Source: an uncultured Chloroflexia bacterium
GTDB lineage: Bacteria; Chloroflexota; Ktedonobacteria; Ktedonobacterales; JADMIN01
Direction: 5' to 3'
Assembly (NCBI GenBank): GCA_963718915.1
Contig: CAVRAI010000003.1
Coordinates: 450,001-482,000, forward strand
DNA length: 32,000 nt
Of this stretch, positions 7,031-16,044 are shown in pieces. Made by a program: the position numbers and the translations under genes. A model generated the notes under the pieces. That model was not told where the DNA came from, made no database searches, and worked only from the letters and a program-made list of their open reading frames with translations. The number at the start of each line of letters is the position of its first letter. The stretch's first letter is position 1.

Positions 7031-9171
7031 TAGCCGACCGTTAGCCGGAAGCTCGCCGTGAGTGGCTGCGGCGCGCCCTGGGGTACGACCTTCACGACCA
7101 GCTCCCAGTGGCCGCCCATCGACAAGACGCCGGGGCTGCTATAGACGCCCGGCTGATCGGCGCCGACTGCCTTGAGTTGAGTGCTTTCCTGGCCCATATC
7201 CATATCGAGGTCACTGGTCGTAACGGTGACGATAGCGTTCGTCACTGGCTGACCCTTGTTGTCCTTCACCGTCACCGTGAACGTGTTGTCGCCAAACTTC
7301 GCCGGGACGATATTGAGCGTGATGGCGTAGCTCCCCGCCTGTTGCGTCTGTAGGAATGGGCCGCTTGGCGTGGTGGTTGTTCCGCCAGAGGCCGGGGCCG
7401 CCGCCAGCGTTCCGGCGAACGCGCCCAGCAGCGCCGCGCAGAGCAGCACCGCCGCGCCCAGCATCGCCTCACGCCGTAGCCAGTCCTCCAGCTTCACCGC
7501 CAGCTCGCGCACGACCCCGTCACCGCCCTTGCCGCCGCTTCCATTCCCATTCCCATTCCCATTCACCGCCGTGCGGGCATCCACCCTGGTGGCGCCAGTG
7601 GCGGTTATCGTGACGGCGACGGGGCTGCCACTGCCAACCGGCGCCATCGCGTCCTGTTTGGCGAGCGCCTGCGCCAGCTGCGGGCGGACGCGGAAGGCAT
7701 GCCACGCGCTGATGCCCACCATCAGCAGGAAGAGCTCGATTTTGACGAAGAGCGTCCGGCCATAGGCGGTCGTCAGGAACTGATCGATGGAGGTCAGGTG
7801 GATGGTGGTGTTGAGCGTGCCAGTGGCGGCGAGCAGGAACGCGCTCAAGATGGCGACCGCTCCGAACTCTGGCAGGCCTAGCGCCAGCACGCGGGCGCGG
7901 CTGCGCATATCCAGATGGGCGAGCGCGGGCACGAAGATCAGGCTGATATAGAGCAATCCACCGACCCACGCCGCGTTGCAGACAAGATGGAACAGGTCCA
8001 CCACCAGCGCATAGGCCAGCTCGTTGCTGGGGACGGCGGCAGCATGGCCCGAGAGCGCGAAGGCGACGATAAGCGCGCCGGCCAGCGCCAGCAGCGCCCC
8101 GCCGAGCAGCGTGCGCGCCCGCAACCCGGCGACCAGCCGCCCAGGTAACTGCGGTATTCTGCGCAGCGTCAGCAGCAGTTCGTGTCCCCAGCCGCTGATG
8201 GTGCCCTCATCGTCGGCGGTTTCCTCAGCCCGGTCTATCGGCTGCTGGCGACCAAACGGCAGGCCCCGGCGTGTCGCCAGCACGGTCAGGACGAGCGCCG
8301 CCAGTGTCACCAGCTCGCGCATCCACCAGAACGTGCCAAAGCGGCTGCCAAAGAGCACCGCGCGCAGCAACGGCGGCGAGATCGCGCCAGAAAAGTCCCC
8401 CGCCAGTTCGGCGGACTGCGCCAGGATCATGCCGATATCCGCCACCAGCACCACGATCAGCGCGATGGGCGCCCACCGCCGGAAGCGCTGTTCCGCCGCC
8501 AGCGCGGCCTCTCTCAGCGCGCCGTCACGGGTTAGCCCGGAGGGGAGAATCCACGTCTCCCAGATGACGCCGCCGATCCAGAACACCATGCCCAGCAGCG
8601 CCAGCCAGGTGAAGATCGCCTGGGCGATGCCCGGCGCGTCCAGCCCGCTCGACGACGCATCGCCGAGGCCGCCACCACCGGGGATGTTGCCGGTGGGCAG
8701 CGTCGAAGGGATCGGCGGCACCTCGCCATCGGGCGCCTGAATGCGGAAGATGAACGAGCCGCCGGTAATGTGGCCATCGTCGGCGGATTGTGTGCGCCAG
8801 ACGACGACATACGTCCCCGCCTTGAGCAGCGGCAACGTGACGACCATCTGTTTCGAGTTGTCGTCGCTGACGTGCGCGTCTTTGTTATCCACTTCCTGGT
8901 TCGCGGTATTCACCACGACTGCGCGCGAGGTCAGCGGGTTGACGTCCTCGCTGAACCACATCACCACGTGTGATGGTGGAGCGTTGAGAATCGCATTCGC
9001 GGCGGGATCAGAGCGCACCAGCAGGGCATGCGCTGAGGCCACTGGCAGCAGGTTCGCGGCCGGGCCAACGGGGGAGAACGCGAGCAGCGCCAGAAAAATG
9101 CCACAGCCAACCGCCAGAAGAAGCCGTATCACAAGGCGTCGTGTCGCCAAAAAAGAATGCTTTGCTTTCAT
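7027..9171 (-). CDS. Copper resistance fusion protein: CopC domain + CopD membrane domain + C-terminal YtkA/FixH-like domain
   Basis: Signal/TM segment, then a CopC motif (HALLVRSDPAANAILNAPPSHVVMWFSEDVNP), a polytopic CopD-like core, a Gly/Asn linker (NGNGNGNGSGGKGG), and an Ig-like tail (..ITLNIVPAKFGDNTFTVTVKDNKGQPV..GGHWELVVKV). Start set at MKAKHS (9171). The ORF-track start at 9333 is probably an extension. Confidence 0.85.
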   Translation of the reverse strand: MKAKHSFLATRRLVIRLLLAVGCGIFLALLAFSPVGPAANLLPVASAHALLVRSDPAANAILNAPPSHVVMWFSEDVNPLTSRAVVVNTANQEVDNKDAHVSDDNSKQMVVTLPLLKAGTYVVVWRTQSADDGHITGGSFIFRIQAPDGEVPPIPSTLPTGNIPGGGGLGDASSSGLDAPGIAQAIFTWLALLGMVFWIGGVIWETWILPSGLTRDGALREAALAAEQRFRRWAPIALIVVLVADIGMILAQSAELAGDFSGAISPPLLRAVLFGSRFGTFWWMRELVTLAALVLTVLATRRGLPFGRQQPIDRAEETADDEGTISGWGHELLLTLRRIPQLPGRLVAGLRARTLLGGALLALAGALIVAFALSGHAAAVPSNELAYALVVDLFHLVCNAAWVGGLLYISLIFVPALAHLDMRSRARVLALGLPEFGAVAILSAFLLAATGTLNTTIHLTSIDQFLTTAYGRTLFVKIELFLLMVGISAWHAFRVRPQLAQALAKQDAMAPVGSGSPVAVTITATGATRVDARTAVNGNGNGNGSGGKGGDGVVRELAVKLEDWLRREAMLGAAVLLCAALLGAFAGTLAAAPASGGTTTTPSGPFLQTQQAGSYAITLNIVPAKFGDNTFTVTVKDNKGQPVTNAIVTVTTSDLDMDMGQESTQLKAVGADQPGVYSSPGVLSMGGHWELVVKVVPQGAPQPLTASFRLTVGY

Positions 9172-9382
9172 CACTCGCCCCGCGCTGTTATAGATAAGTC
9201 GCTTCTCTGCCGCCAGTATCCAGTAGTACTCATATGAATTACACTTCGCCCAATGCGTCAGGTTTCCCAGCGGCCACATACCGTTTGATGACTGAGAGGA
9301 ACACCCCAGGATAGCATTAGCCGCGGCATTCATGCCGCGAAGCCGGATTGCCCTGCCTCAGCGCCACGCTGGTGGCCTGCGG

Positions 9383-9405
9383 CCCCTCCCCTCGCAGGGG
9401 AGGGG
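9383..9405. repeat. C/G-rich hairpin repeat (CCCCTCCCCT-CGC-AGGGGAGGGG)
   Basis: Perfect 10-bp stem with a 3-nt loop, lying between the SCO gene and the copCD fusion gene. Same family as the hairpins at 11833-11853, 11893-11915, 17523-17546 and 20385-20409. Confidence 0.8.
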
Positions 9406-9508
9406 GAGAGGTCTGCCGCCAGCCACTCCCCTCCACATCGTAAGCCAGAGAAAGCGATGTACGCCAGCGGACGGGACGTGCCAGCGGGTTCGGCGCGGGA
9501 CTGGCGTG

Positions 9509-10213
9509 TCAGTGCGCCAGCAGATACTGCACGTCGTTGGTGATCTGGTGCGGGTCGATTCCTGGCCCGGCGTCGAGAACAACGCGCTCGCGTCCCTGCT
9601 GGTCGATGATGTAGATGTAGGTCGAGTGATCAATCACTCCCGGAAGCTGTGGGTCTGGCACCGAGACGATATGGTAAGCCTTCCAGAGTGGCGAAAGCTG
9701 GTCCTCTGTGCCGAGCAGGTAATGGATATCGAAGGTCACGCCATTGTGGCTCAGGAATGTGGCGACCGACGCGGGCGTATCGGCGGTGTTGACACTCAGC
9801 GCGACCCATGTCGCCTGGCTGGCCTGCTTCCCCAGGGCTTTATAGGCTTGTTCCAGTCCAACCGCCGTCAGCGGACACTCCTCATGCGGGCAGTGTGAGT
9901 CGAAGAACGTCAGCACAACTGGTTTGCCCTGGAGCTTCGAGAGTTGCACCATCTGGCCATTCTGGTCTTTGAGCGTCATATCAGTGGCAGGGATGGCGCC
10001 CAGATCAACGCCGAGCATCCCCGACGGCCCTGACGCAGTCTGTGTCGCCCGATTCGCCAGCCCGTTGAAGATGAAGATACTGGCGACGACGACGACGACC
10101 AGCGCGCCAGTGATGACCCATGACGTCGTCCGCCGGGAGATGGTTGGTCTGGGTTGCTGGGGAGGATCCGCATCTGGCCGAGTCTCTATCACCGATGGTG
10201 GCTGTTGCGACAT
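9509..10213 (-). CDS. SCO1/SenC family copper chaperone / thioredoxin-fold protein
   Basis: N-terminal TM anchor. ..GKPVVLTFFDSHCPHEECPLT.. and the downstream ..IDHSTYIYIIDQQG.. match the Sco layout. The ATG at 10213 is preceded by GGAGG with a 7-nt spacer. Confidence 0.8.
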   Translation of the reverse strand: MSQQPPSVIETRPDADPPQQPRPTISRRTTSWVITGALVVVVVASIFIFNGLANRATQTASGPSGMLGVDLGAIPATDMTLKDQNGQMVQLSKLQGKPVVLTFFDSHCPHEECPLTAVGLEQAYKALGKQASQATWVALSVNTADTPASVATFLSHNGVTFDIHYLLGTEDQLSPLWKAYHIVSVPDPQLPGVIDHSTYIYIIDQQGRERVVLDAGPGIDPHQITNDVQYLLAH

Positions 10214-10284
10214 AATGAGACCTCCGCTCCCAATAAGCACTGGCGGCTGATGCGGTTTTAGAACATAGGCGGAACACCCGCCAG

Positions 10285-10463
10285 ACGCGGGCGGTTAAAA
10301 CCGCGCCTGAAGGGCCTCGCTACGCTCTGCCACGAAACCCGCCGTCGAGGGTTTCAACGAGTCGCTTACAATTCAGCTACATCGTTGGGACAGCGTCTGG
10401 GAGTCCGCGCAGGCGGACTTCGTGGCCGCAGGCCATTGAGGCGCGGTTTTAACCGCCCGCGTG
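10285..10463. repeat. MITE-like multi-hairpin element, copy A (about 180 bp with terminal inverted repeats)
   Basis: The ends ACGCGGGCGGTTAAAACCGCGCC ... GGCGCGGTTTTAACCGCCCGCGT are inverted repeats. Internal hairpins include AAACCCGCC..GGGTTT and GTCCGCGCAGGCGGAC. It is colinear and highly similar to 21751-21935. No coding capacity. Confidence 0.8.
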
Positions 10464-10561
10464 TCCGCGACAGCCACATCGCCTACAGAAATCATTACCA
10501 CAGCCGCGTACTCGCTCACATGGTGTGAATACACCAGTGCTATGATACTACACCTGCCTGG

Positions 10562-11665
10562 CTATTCCGCACCGCCAACCTTGTTGCCTGCGTTCGCATG
10601 GGCAGGCGTCTGCCAGATCAGCTCGTCCTCCGGGTGGGCCAGCGCCTCCGACTCACGCTGGGCGCGCTCCTGGCTGGCCATCCAGCGGAAGAAGAGGATG
10701 GTGATCGTCACGATCAGCGGGATATCCATGATGAGCCACATAATCAGCCCGGCAAGCTGCTGATCGCCCAGCGGCGTGAAGCCCCAGAGCGACGGCGCGC
10801 CCGCGTAGATGCTGTAGAGCGGCTGACCGGAGAAGACGATCAGCGCGCCCAGCGCCATCATCGGCTGCGTGCTGATGAACATGTAGAGCATCCCGAAGAC
10901 CGGCGTGATGCGTGGCAGTTGCGGAACCGGGTTCAGAATGGGGCACCAGTAGAGAATCGCCGTGCCGATGAACATCAGGTTCATCACCGTGTGGATGGGG
11001 TTGTGCGGCTGCGATGAGACCGGCCAGTTCGCCACGCTGAGCGACCCTATTACCGTCAGCGCGATGATCCCCGCGAAGACGAGCACGCTGGCGGCCAGGT
11101 TGACCGTGGCGTTGCCAGCGCGCATGAGTCGCGGCAACACGAGAAATCCTCCCACGAGCAGCGCCCCCAGCAGCAGCGCGTAATCGAGCAGCTCCGTGGC
11201 CGCGATGACGCCGCCCGATGGCGTGGCGTCCAGCAGGAACGGGACGTGCCAGACCCACATGTTGAGGTTATAGAGGCCGAATGCCACGAACGGATGCGTC
11301 AGGAATCGCCCCACCCGCTGCGCGCGCGTGCCCCGGAAGAATGGCTCGACCATCCATCCGGGGATGCCAAGCAGCAGCAGCGGCGGGCCAATGACCGAGA
11401 AGAAGACATGCTGAATCATGTGGGCGGTCAGCAGGAAATGCATGCCGAGGATATCGAGCGGCGAGAAGAGCGCCAGCGCCAGGGCGGCGATGCCCACGTA
11501 GAAATAGCGTGGATACCTCGCCTCGACGGGTGTCTCGCGGCCATACCAGCGCAGCCCCGCCGGGCTGATCGCCCAGGCATAGGCGATGGCGGGCAGCGCC
11601 ACCGCGATCAGCGGTATCGGCTCGAAATTCCACGCGAGCCAGAGTGGCAATGCGCCGAATACCAT
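10562..11665 (-). CDS. Cytochrome c oxidase assembly factor CtaG-like (caa3_CtaG / COG3336) membrane protein
   Basis: Polytopic membrane protein with ..LLTAHMIQHVFFSVIGPPLLLLGIP.. and ..FVAFGLYNLNMWVWHVP.., typical of the Bacillus-type CtaG family. Confidence 0.8.
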   Translation of the reverse strand: MVFGALPLWLAWNFEPIPLIAVALPAIAYAWAISPAGLRWYGRETPVEARYPRYFYVGIAALALALFSPLDILGMHFLLTAHMIQHVFFSVIGPPLLLLGIPGWMVEPFFRGTRAQRVGRFLTHPFVAFGLYNLNMWVWHVPFLLDATPSGGVIAATELLDYALLLGALLVGGFLVLPRLMRAGNATVNLAASVLVFAGIIALTVIGSLSVANWPVSSQPHNPIHTVMNLMFIGTAILYWCPILNPVPQLPRITPVFGMLYMFISTQPMMALGALIVFSGQPLYSIYAGAPSLWGFTPLGDQQLAGLIMWLIMDIPLIVTITILFFRWMASQERAQRESEALAHPEDELIWQTPAHANAGNKVGGAE

Positions 11666-11752
11666 CCCTTGCCGATCCTTCCTCCACTACGCAACTGCCG
11701 CTTAAAAGCGTACATCCCAAACGATGTGTCTGCCATTCGCCGTAGCATCTGG

Positions 11753-11915
11753 CTCCCCCTTCCGCTTTAGGGGAGGGGGGCTGGGGGGTGAGGGTCTCTG
11801 GCTGGCGACAAACCCCACCCGGCCTTCGGCCACCCTCCCCTACAAGGGGAGGGACTAGGCGACCAGAACGGCAAAGGGATGCGCCTCTGCCTCCCCTCTC
11901 CTGCGAGGAGAGGGG
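11753..11915. repeat. Cluster of three C/G-rich hairpin repeats between copC and the ctaG-like gene
   Basis: An imperfect hairpin at about 11753-11775; CCCTCCCC-TACAA-GGGGAGGG at 11833-11853; CCCCTCTCCT-GCG-AGGAGAGGGG at 11893-11915. A fragment of the REP-like core (ATTCGCCGTAGC) lies at about 11736-11747. Confidence 0.75.
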
Positions 11916-11935
11916 CCGGGGGTGAGGTTCGCCGC

Positions 11936-12544
11936 TTACCCCTTCGTCTGATTCCGTCGGCCCGCCAGCACGAACGTTCCCGCGCTACCAATGACCAGGC
12001 CGAGCACCCCCACCAGCGCGACAACCCAACCGGAGACGCCAGATGATGCGCTCTCCGCCGAAGCCGATGCGCCAGACGTCGTCGATCCGCCGCCGTCACC
12101 CGCTTTGGCTGTGCTGCCAACGTTGAAGATAAACGCGCCGACTGCGGCATCGCCATCGTCAAGCGAAACTGTGTGCCAGACCACCAGATAGCTGTCGGAG
12201 TCGTCGCCCGCCATCGGAACGGTCATCGTCTTCGCGTCGTTGGTATCCACCGTGCCCGCGGCGGTGCTAACCTTATTCCCTTTTGTATCATAGACAATGA
12301 GGTCACTACCTGCCGGATTCACATCTTCCGCGAAATGCACCGTCACGACAGTTGGCGCCTCGGTGACAGTTGAATTTGCCGCCGGGACCGAACTCGTGTA
12401 CTTCGCGTGCGCGGCGGCGATTGGCGCCTGTGTTACCAGGACGACGGCGGCGAGCGAGAGTCCCAGCGCCAGGCTCAGGGCGAGCGATGTGGTCAACATG
12501 CGTGCGCGCGGGCGGGTAGTATTGTGGGTATTCCAGACAGTCAT
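11936..12544 (-). CDS. CopC domain copper-binding protein with C-terminal membrane anchor
   Basis: Signal peptide, then HAKYTSSVPAANSTVTEAPTVVTVHFAEDVNP.. (CopC motif), a Gly/Ser linker and a C-terminal TM helix. AGGAGA SD with a 9-nt spacer. Confidence 0.85.
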   Translation of the reverse strand: MTVWNTHNTTRPRARMLTTSLALSLALGLSLAAVVLVTQAPIAAAHAKYTSSVPAANSTVTEAPTVVTVHFAEDVNPAGSDLIVYDTKGNKVSTAAGTVDTNDAKTMTVPMAGDDSDSYLVVWHTVSLDDGDAAVGAFIFNVGSTAKAGDGGGSTTSGASASAESASSGVSGWVVALVGVLGLVIGSAGTFVLAGRRNQTKG

Positions 12545-12976
12545 AGGTCACGTTCTCCTGACGCACGTGTGCGGCATCCGTAGCTGACAGTGGTTCACAT
12601 CGTGATGATCCTGTATCAGCCAACAACTTTGACGTCCTGGCTATTCCTTGCTATGATAACGCGCCAGCGTATATCTCTCCATCAGGTGTGCGCCTGATTT
12701 AGCTCGGTGAGAATACTTTTGGCCCATCGCCATCTCGCCAGTGTTTATGCGCATACAGGGCGGTAGAGGCGCGTTTTCCCCACCCAATACGCCGTTTCTT
12801 AGAGTTTTCCAATGATAGCTATGATAGAATGGGCGTAACATGGGAAATTATGTAGGGATAGGGGAGCGCGCGTCATCTCTTCGAAGTATGAACTAACGGC
12901 ACAGGGATGTCCGGCGCTTTCACGATACCGCATGCGGTGAGGATAGACGAGAACACGCTGGTGGAGGATCTGGCGA

Positions 12977-14041
12977 ATGGCAAAGAAGCGGAGTAATCAT
13001 AGTGGGGCGCAACGCCCATCTGGTAGCGCGTCTGGCGGCGCGAAAGGCTCAACCGCCACGGCGACCCGGCCAGCGGTGAAGTCCGCGCCCGCGAGCACGA
13101 CGACCTCGAAAACCGTCGGCTCCGGAGCGCAGAACCAGAACGACCGTATCGCTGCGGCGCGCGCGCGTAATGCGGCGGCTCGTGCGGCGGCGGATCGGCG
13201 GCGTTCGATGCAGGGCGGCTGGCTGCGGCGGCAGTGGCCGATGGTCGCGGCGGTTGTCACGGTTGTGCTGCTGATCGCCGTCTTCTTCACCATTGCTCAC
13301 AATGCCTCATCCGGCTCGGCAAGCATCGGTAGCCCCGTGCCCGCGTCCGTGCTGAGCAAGGTGACCAGCGTCAGCCAGTCAACCTTTGAGAAGGTGGGCA
13401 AAGGGACAATCGCCAACTCCTTCCAGCCCGCGCAGGGGAACCCTCCTGTCAATAAGGACGCCAACGGCAAGCCGATCTTCTTCTATACCGGCGGCGAATA
13501 CTGCCCCTATTGCGCGGCGGAACGCTGGTCGATGGTGGTGGCGCTCAGCCGCTTCGGAACCTTTAACGGTCTGACGCTGATGCAATCGAGCAGCAGCGAT
13601 GTCTATCCCAACACCAGCACCTTCAGTTTCCACGGCGCCAGCTACAGCAGTCAGTATCTCGACTTCCAGGCGGTGGAGACGCAGGATCGCAACCAGCAGC
13701 CGCTGGACAAGCTGACGAGCGCCCAGCAGGACATCTTCAACAAGTATGATGCGCCACCCTACATTGACTCGCAATACGCCGGATCGATTCCCTTCCTGAG
13801 CGTGGGCAACCAGTTCATCGAGATTAGCGCTGGATTCATCCCCGACCAAATGCAGGGGCTGACCTGGCAGCAGATTGCCGACAAACTGAGTAATCCCAAC
13901 GATACGGTGACGCAGAGCATCGTCGCCAACGCCAACTACATCACGGCGGCGATCTGCCAGGTGACCGGTAACAAGCCCGCCAATGTTTGCACCGCCGCGC
14001 CGATTCCGTCGATCATCAGTGATATGAAGGCAGGGAAATAG
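12977..14041 (+). CDS. DUF929 domain protein (membrane-anchored thioredoxin-like CxxC protein)
   Basis: Basic, low-complexity N-terminus, one TM helix, then ..[31 protein letters not shown].., characteristic of DUF929. GGAGGA SD with an 8-nt spacer. Confidence 0.85.
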   Translation: MAKKRSNHSGAQRPSGSASGGAKGSTATATRPAVKSAPASTTTSKTVGSGAQNQNDRIAAARARNAAARAAADRRRSMQGGWLRRQWPMVAAVVTVVLLIAVFFTIAHNASSGSASIGSPVPASVLSKVTSVSQSTFEKVGKGTIANSFQPAQGNPPVNKDANGKPIFFYTGGEYCPYCAAERWSMVVALSRFGTFNGLTLMQSSSSDVYPNTSTFSFHGASYSSQYLDFQAVETQDRNQQPLDKLTSAQQDIFNKYDAPPYIDSQYAGSIPFLSVGNQFIEISAGFIPDQMQGLTWQQIADKLSNPNDTVTQSIVANANYITAAICQVTGNKPANVCTAAPIPSIISDMKAGK

Positions 14042-14043
14042 CC

Positions 14044-14724
14044 ATGGCGGGAGTGCCAGTCGAGCGATCATCCAATGAGACCGGCGCGCGTCTGCTGTTG
14101 CTGGCGAAGCGCGCGCCTGGCCTGGTGGCGATGCTGTTGATGGCCCTGCTGGGCCTTGGCATCTCGATCTACCTGACCGTCATCCACTATCAGGGCGCCG
14201 GGGTAGCCTTCTGCTCCACGACGGGCATCGTCAACTGCAACAAGGTCACCAGCAGTGGCAACTCGGTCTTGTTCGGCAGCAGTATCCCGATCACGATTCC
14301 GGGCATGCTATGGTTTATCGTCAGCGGCGGCATGGCGCTGGTCGCGCTGCTGGCGATCTGGCGCAACCGCCGCGAGCCAGCCCGTCTGCGGGCGGCGCAT
14401 CTGCTCTGGGGCATCCTGGGCGTGGTCTTCGTGCTCTATCTCGTCTATGCCGAGATCGTCTTGCTGCACACATTCTGCGAGTGGTGCACGGTTGTCCATC
14501 TCCTGACCTTCGCCACCTTCCTGCTGACGCTCAATCGCTGGCAGCAGCGTGGTCTGCCCGCGCCGGATTTGAATGTGGTTGCGGTCAGCCCGCGCGCCAG
14601 CAATGGCAATGACGGCAAATCTCGCCCCGTGACGACGGCCAGCCGTCAGCCATCCACCGCCAACACTGCTGGCCGCCATTCCGCTGGCAGCGGAGCTACA
14701 TCGCGGCAGCGCGTGCGACGGTAG
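14044..14724 (+). CDS. Vitamin K epoxide reductase (VKOR) family protein
   Basis: Polytopic protein with the loop Cys pair ..FCSTTGIVNC.. and the active-site CxxC ..FCEWCTVVHL... Starts 2 nt after the DUF929 stop. Confidence 0.85.
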   Translation: MAGVPVERSSNETGARLLLLAKRAPGLVAMLLMALLGLGISIYLTVIHYQGAGVAFCSTTGIVNCNKVTSSGNSVLFGSSIPITIPGMLWFIVSGGMALVALLAIWRNRREPARLRAAHLLWGILGVVFVLYLVYAEIVLLHTFCEWCTVVHLLTFATFLLTLNRWQQRGLPAPDLNVVAVSPRASNGNDGKSRPVTTASRQPSTANTAGRHSAGSGATSRQRVRR

Positions 14725-14978
14725 GCGCCAATAGGCGGAAAGTCACCTCCGGCAAGCGCTTTTCGCCAGAGGCACGGTATAGTGGGAACCGCTGCGCGTT
14801 TTCGCACAGGACTTTCCGCCTGGGCAGGGATGAAGCGTGTTGTCTCGCTTCGTCTTGCTAGATAGCCAGCGTTCAGGCAGAATCAGGCATATTACCAGAC
14901 ATATGACATCGTGTCGCGTGCTCTAATTTAGTGAGGGTTGGTGCTGTGCGGAATCGGGCAGGAAGTCAACTAGCGGCT

Positions 14979-15623
14979 ATGGGCCGCGCAAGCGTAAAAC
15001 GCTGGGTGGGTGGAAGTGCGGCGCTGGGGCTGCTGCTGTTGACGCTGGCGCTGAGCGGATGCGCGTTGTTTGGCGGCGGTGGTGATGGTGTCACGGCGAG
15101 TGGCACGAAGTCACTTGCGTCGCTCTCCTGGTGCGACCGTCCGCTTATCACCTTCCAGGATGACAGCACCACCGCGCAGAAGCTGCTCTCGAACTGGGAT
15201 GATGTTAAGGATCAGCTTGGGTTCACCCCCTACCTGCCGGAGAGCATGCCAGAGGGTACCTGCCTGGCGCTGGCGGGTGGCTCGATCCACAATCCAATCT
15301 ATGGCGGCCAGTTCAGCATCACCTATGTCTTGCCGAAGATTGGCCCGGTCAGCTTCTCCGAGGCGCCCCTCCATCAGGGCATGAGCAACAAGACGCAGTG
15401 CATCCAGAGCGCGCAGGATAGCAAGACGATGATCTGTGTCGGCGCGATTTCCAACACCAGCATCACCATTGCCTCGCGCCAGACTGAGGCGGATATCCAG
15501 GCGATGTTCGGCACGCTCAAATCGAACGTGGCCTGGGTGCCTGCCGGTACCTCGTCCGGCTCGTCCAGTTCGACGCCGACAACCGCGCCTGCCGCGACTG
15601 CCACCGCAACGGCGACCAAATAG
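14979..15623 (+). CDS. Putative lipoprotein, unknown function
   Basis: MGRASVKRWVGGSAALGLLLLTLALSGC contains a lipobox (LSGC). Ser/Thr/Ala-rich C-terminal tail. Start is ambiguous (GTG at 14931 or 14946, or ATG at 14979). Confidence 0.6.
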   Translation: MGRASVKRWVGGSAALGLLLLTLALSGCALFGGGGDGVTASGTKSLASLSWCDRPLITFQDDSTTAQKLLSNWDDVKDQLGFTPYLPESMPEGTCLALAGGSIHNPIYGGQFSITYVLPKIGPVSFSEAPLHQGMSNKTQCIQSAQDSKTMICVGAISNTSITIASRQTEADIQAMFGTLKSNVAWVPAGTSSGSSSSTPTTAPAATATATATK

Positions 15624-15876
15624 CCGCGTTCAGCGCGAAAATCCCCTATTCCTCAATACAGTGGACGGCCAGAGTGATGGTCGTCCACTCGCGTTTTCCC
15701 ACCCGCATGTAGTGTCACTATGATGACTGTCTCCGGGCGGAATTCGCCGCGGCATAATGTAGTTTGAGAACATAGGAGGGACAGATCTTCGACCTGCGGC
15801 AGCAGTCTGCTGAGGGGCGCCTGCCGGAGCATAAATGCCCCGGCGAAATGCCCCGCTCCACTCCTCGCATGCGCCC

Positions 15877-15937
15877 ATTCGCCGTAGCGTTCACGCTACG
15901 GTCTGCCTCGCCTGCCACGACGTAGGGTGTCCGTCGC
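15877..15937 (+). repeat. REP-like element core, copy 2
   Basis: ATTCGCCGTAGCGTTCACGCTACGGTCTGCCTCGCCTGCCACGACGT.. is nearly identical to 1520-1579. The upstream CCCCGGCGAAAT segment is also shared with copy 1. Confidence 0.8.
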
Positions 15938-16044
15938 ACATGCTAAAACCACGTCATGCCTGCGTTGCGTGCCTCATCCGTGTATCTCGCTTGTACGTGG
16001 TACAACGTCAGCACATTGTCCACACGATCATGAGGTACACATCC

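Noticed and set aside
7541-7564. Hexanucleotide repeat (CCATTC)x4 inside the copCD fusion gene
   Set aside because: It encodes an in-frame NGNGNGNG stretch in an inter-domain Gly-rich linker. This is ordinary low-complexity linker expansion and is not treated as a separate functional element.
12641-12841. 66-aa minus-strand ORF in the 430-bp copC/DUF929 divergent intergenic region, together with an ATGATAG direct repeat and a TAGAAT-like box at about 12810-12835
   Set aside because: The ORF has no SD or family signal and lies in an AT-richer control region. The promoter-like hexamers have poor spacing to any -35, so no promoter was called.
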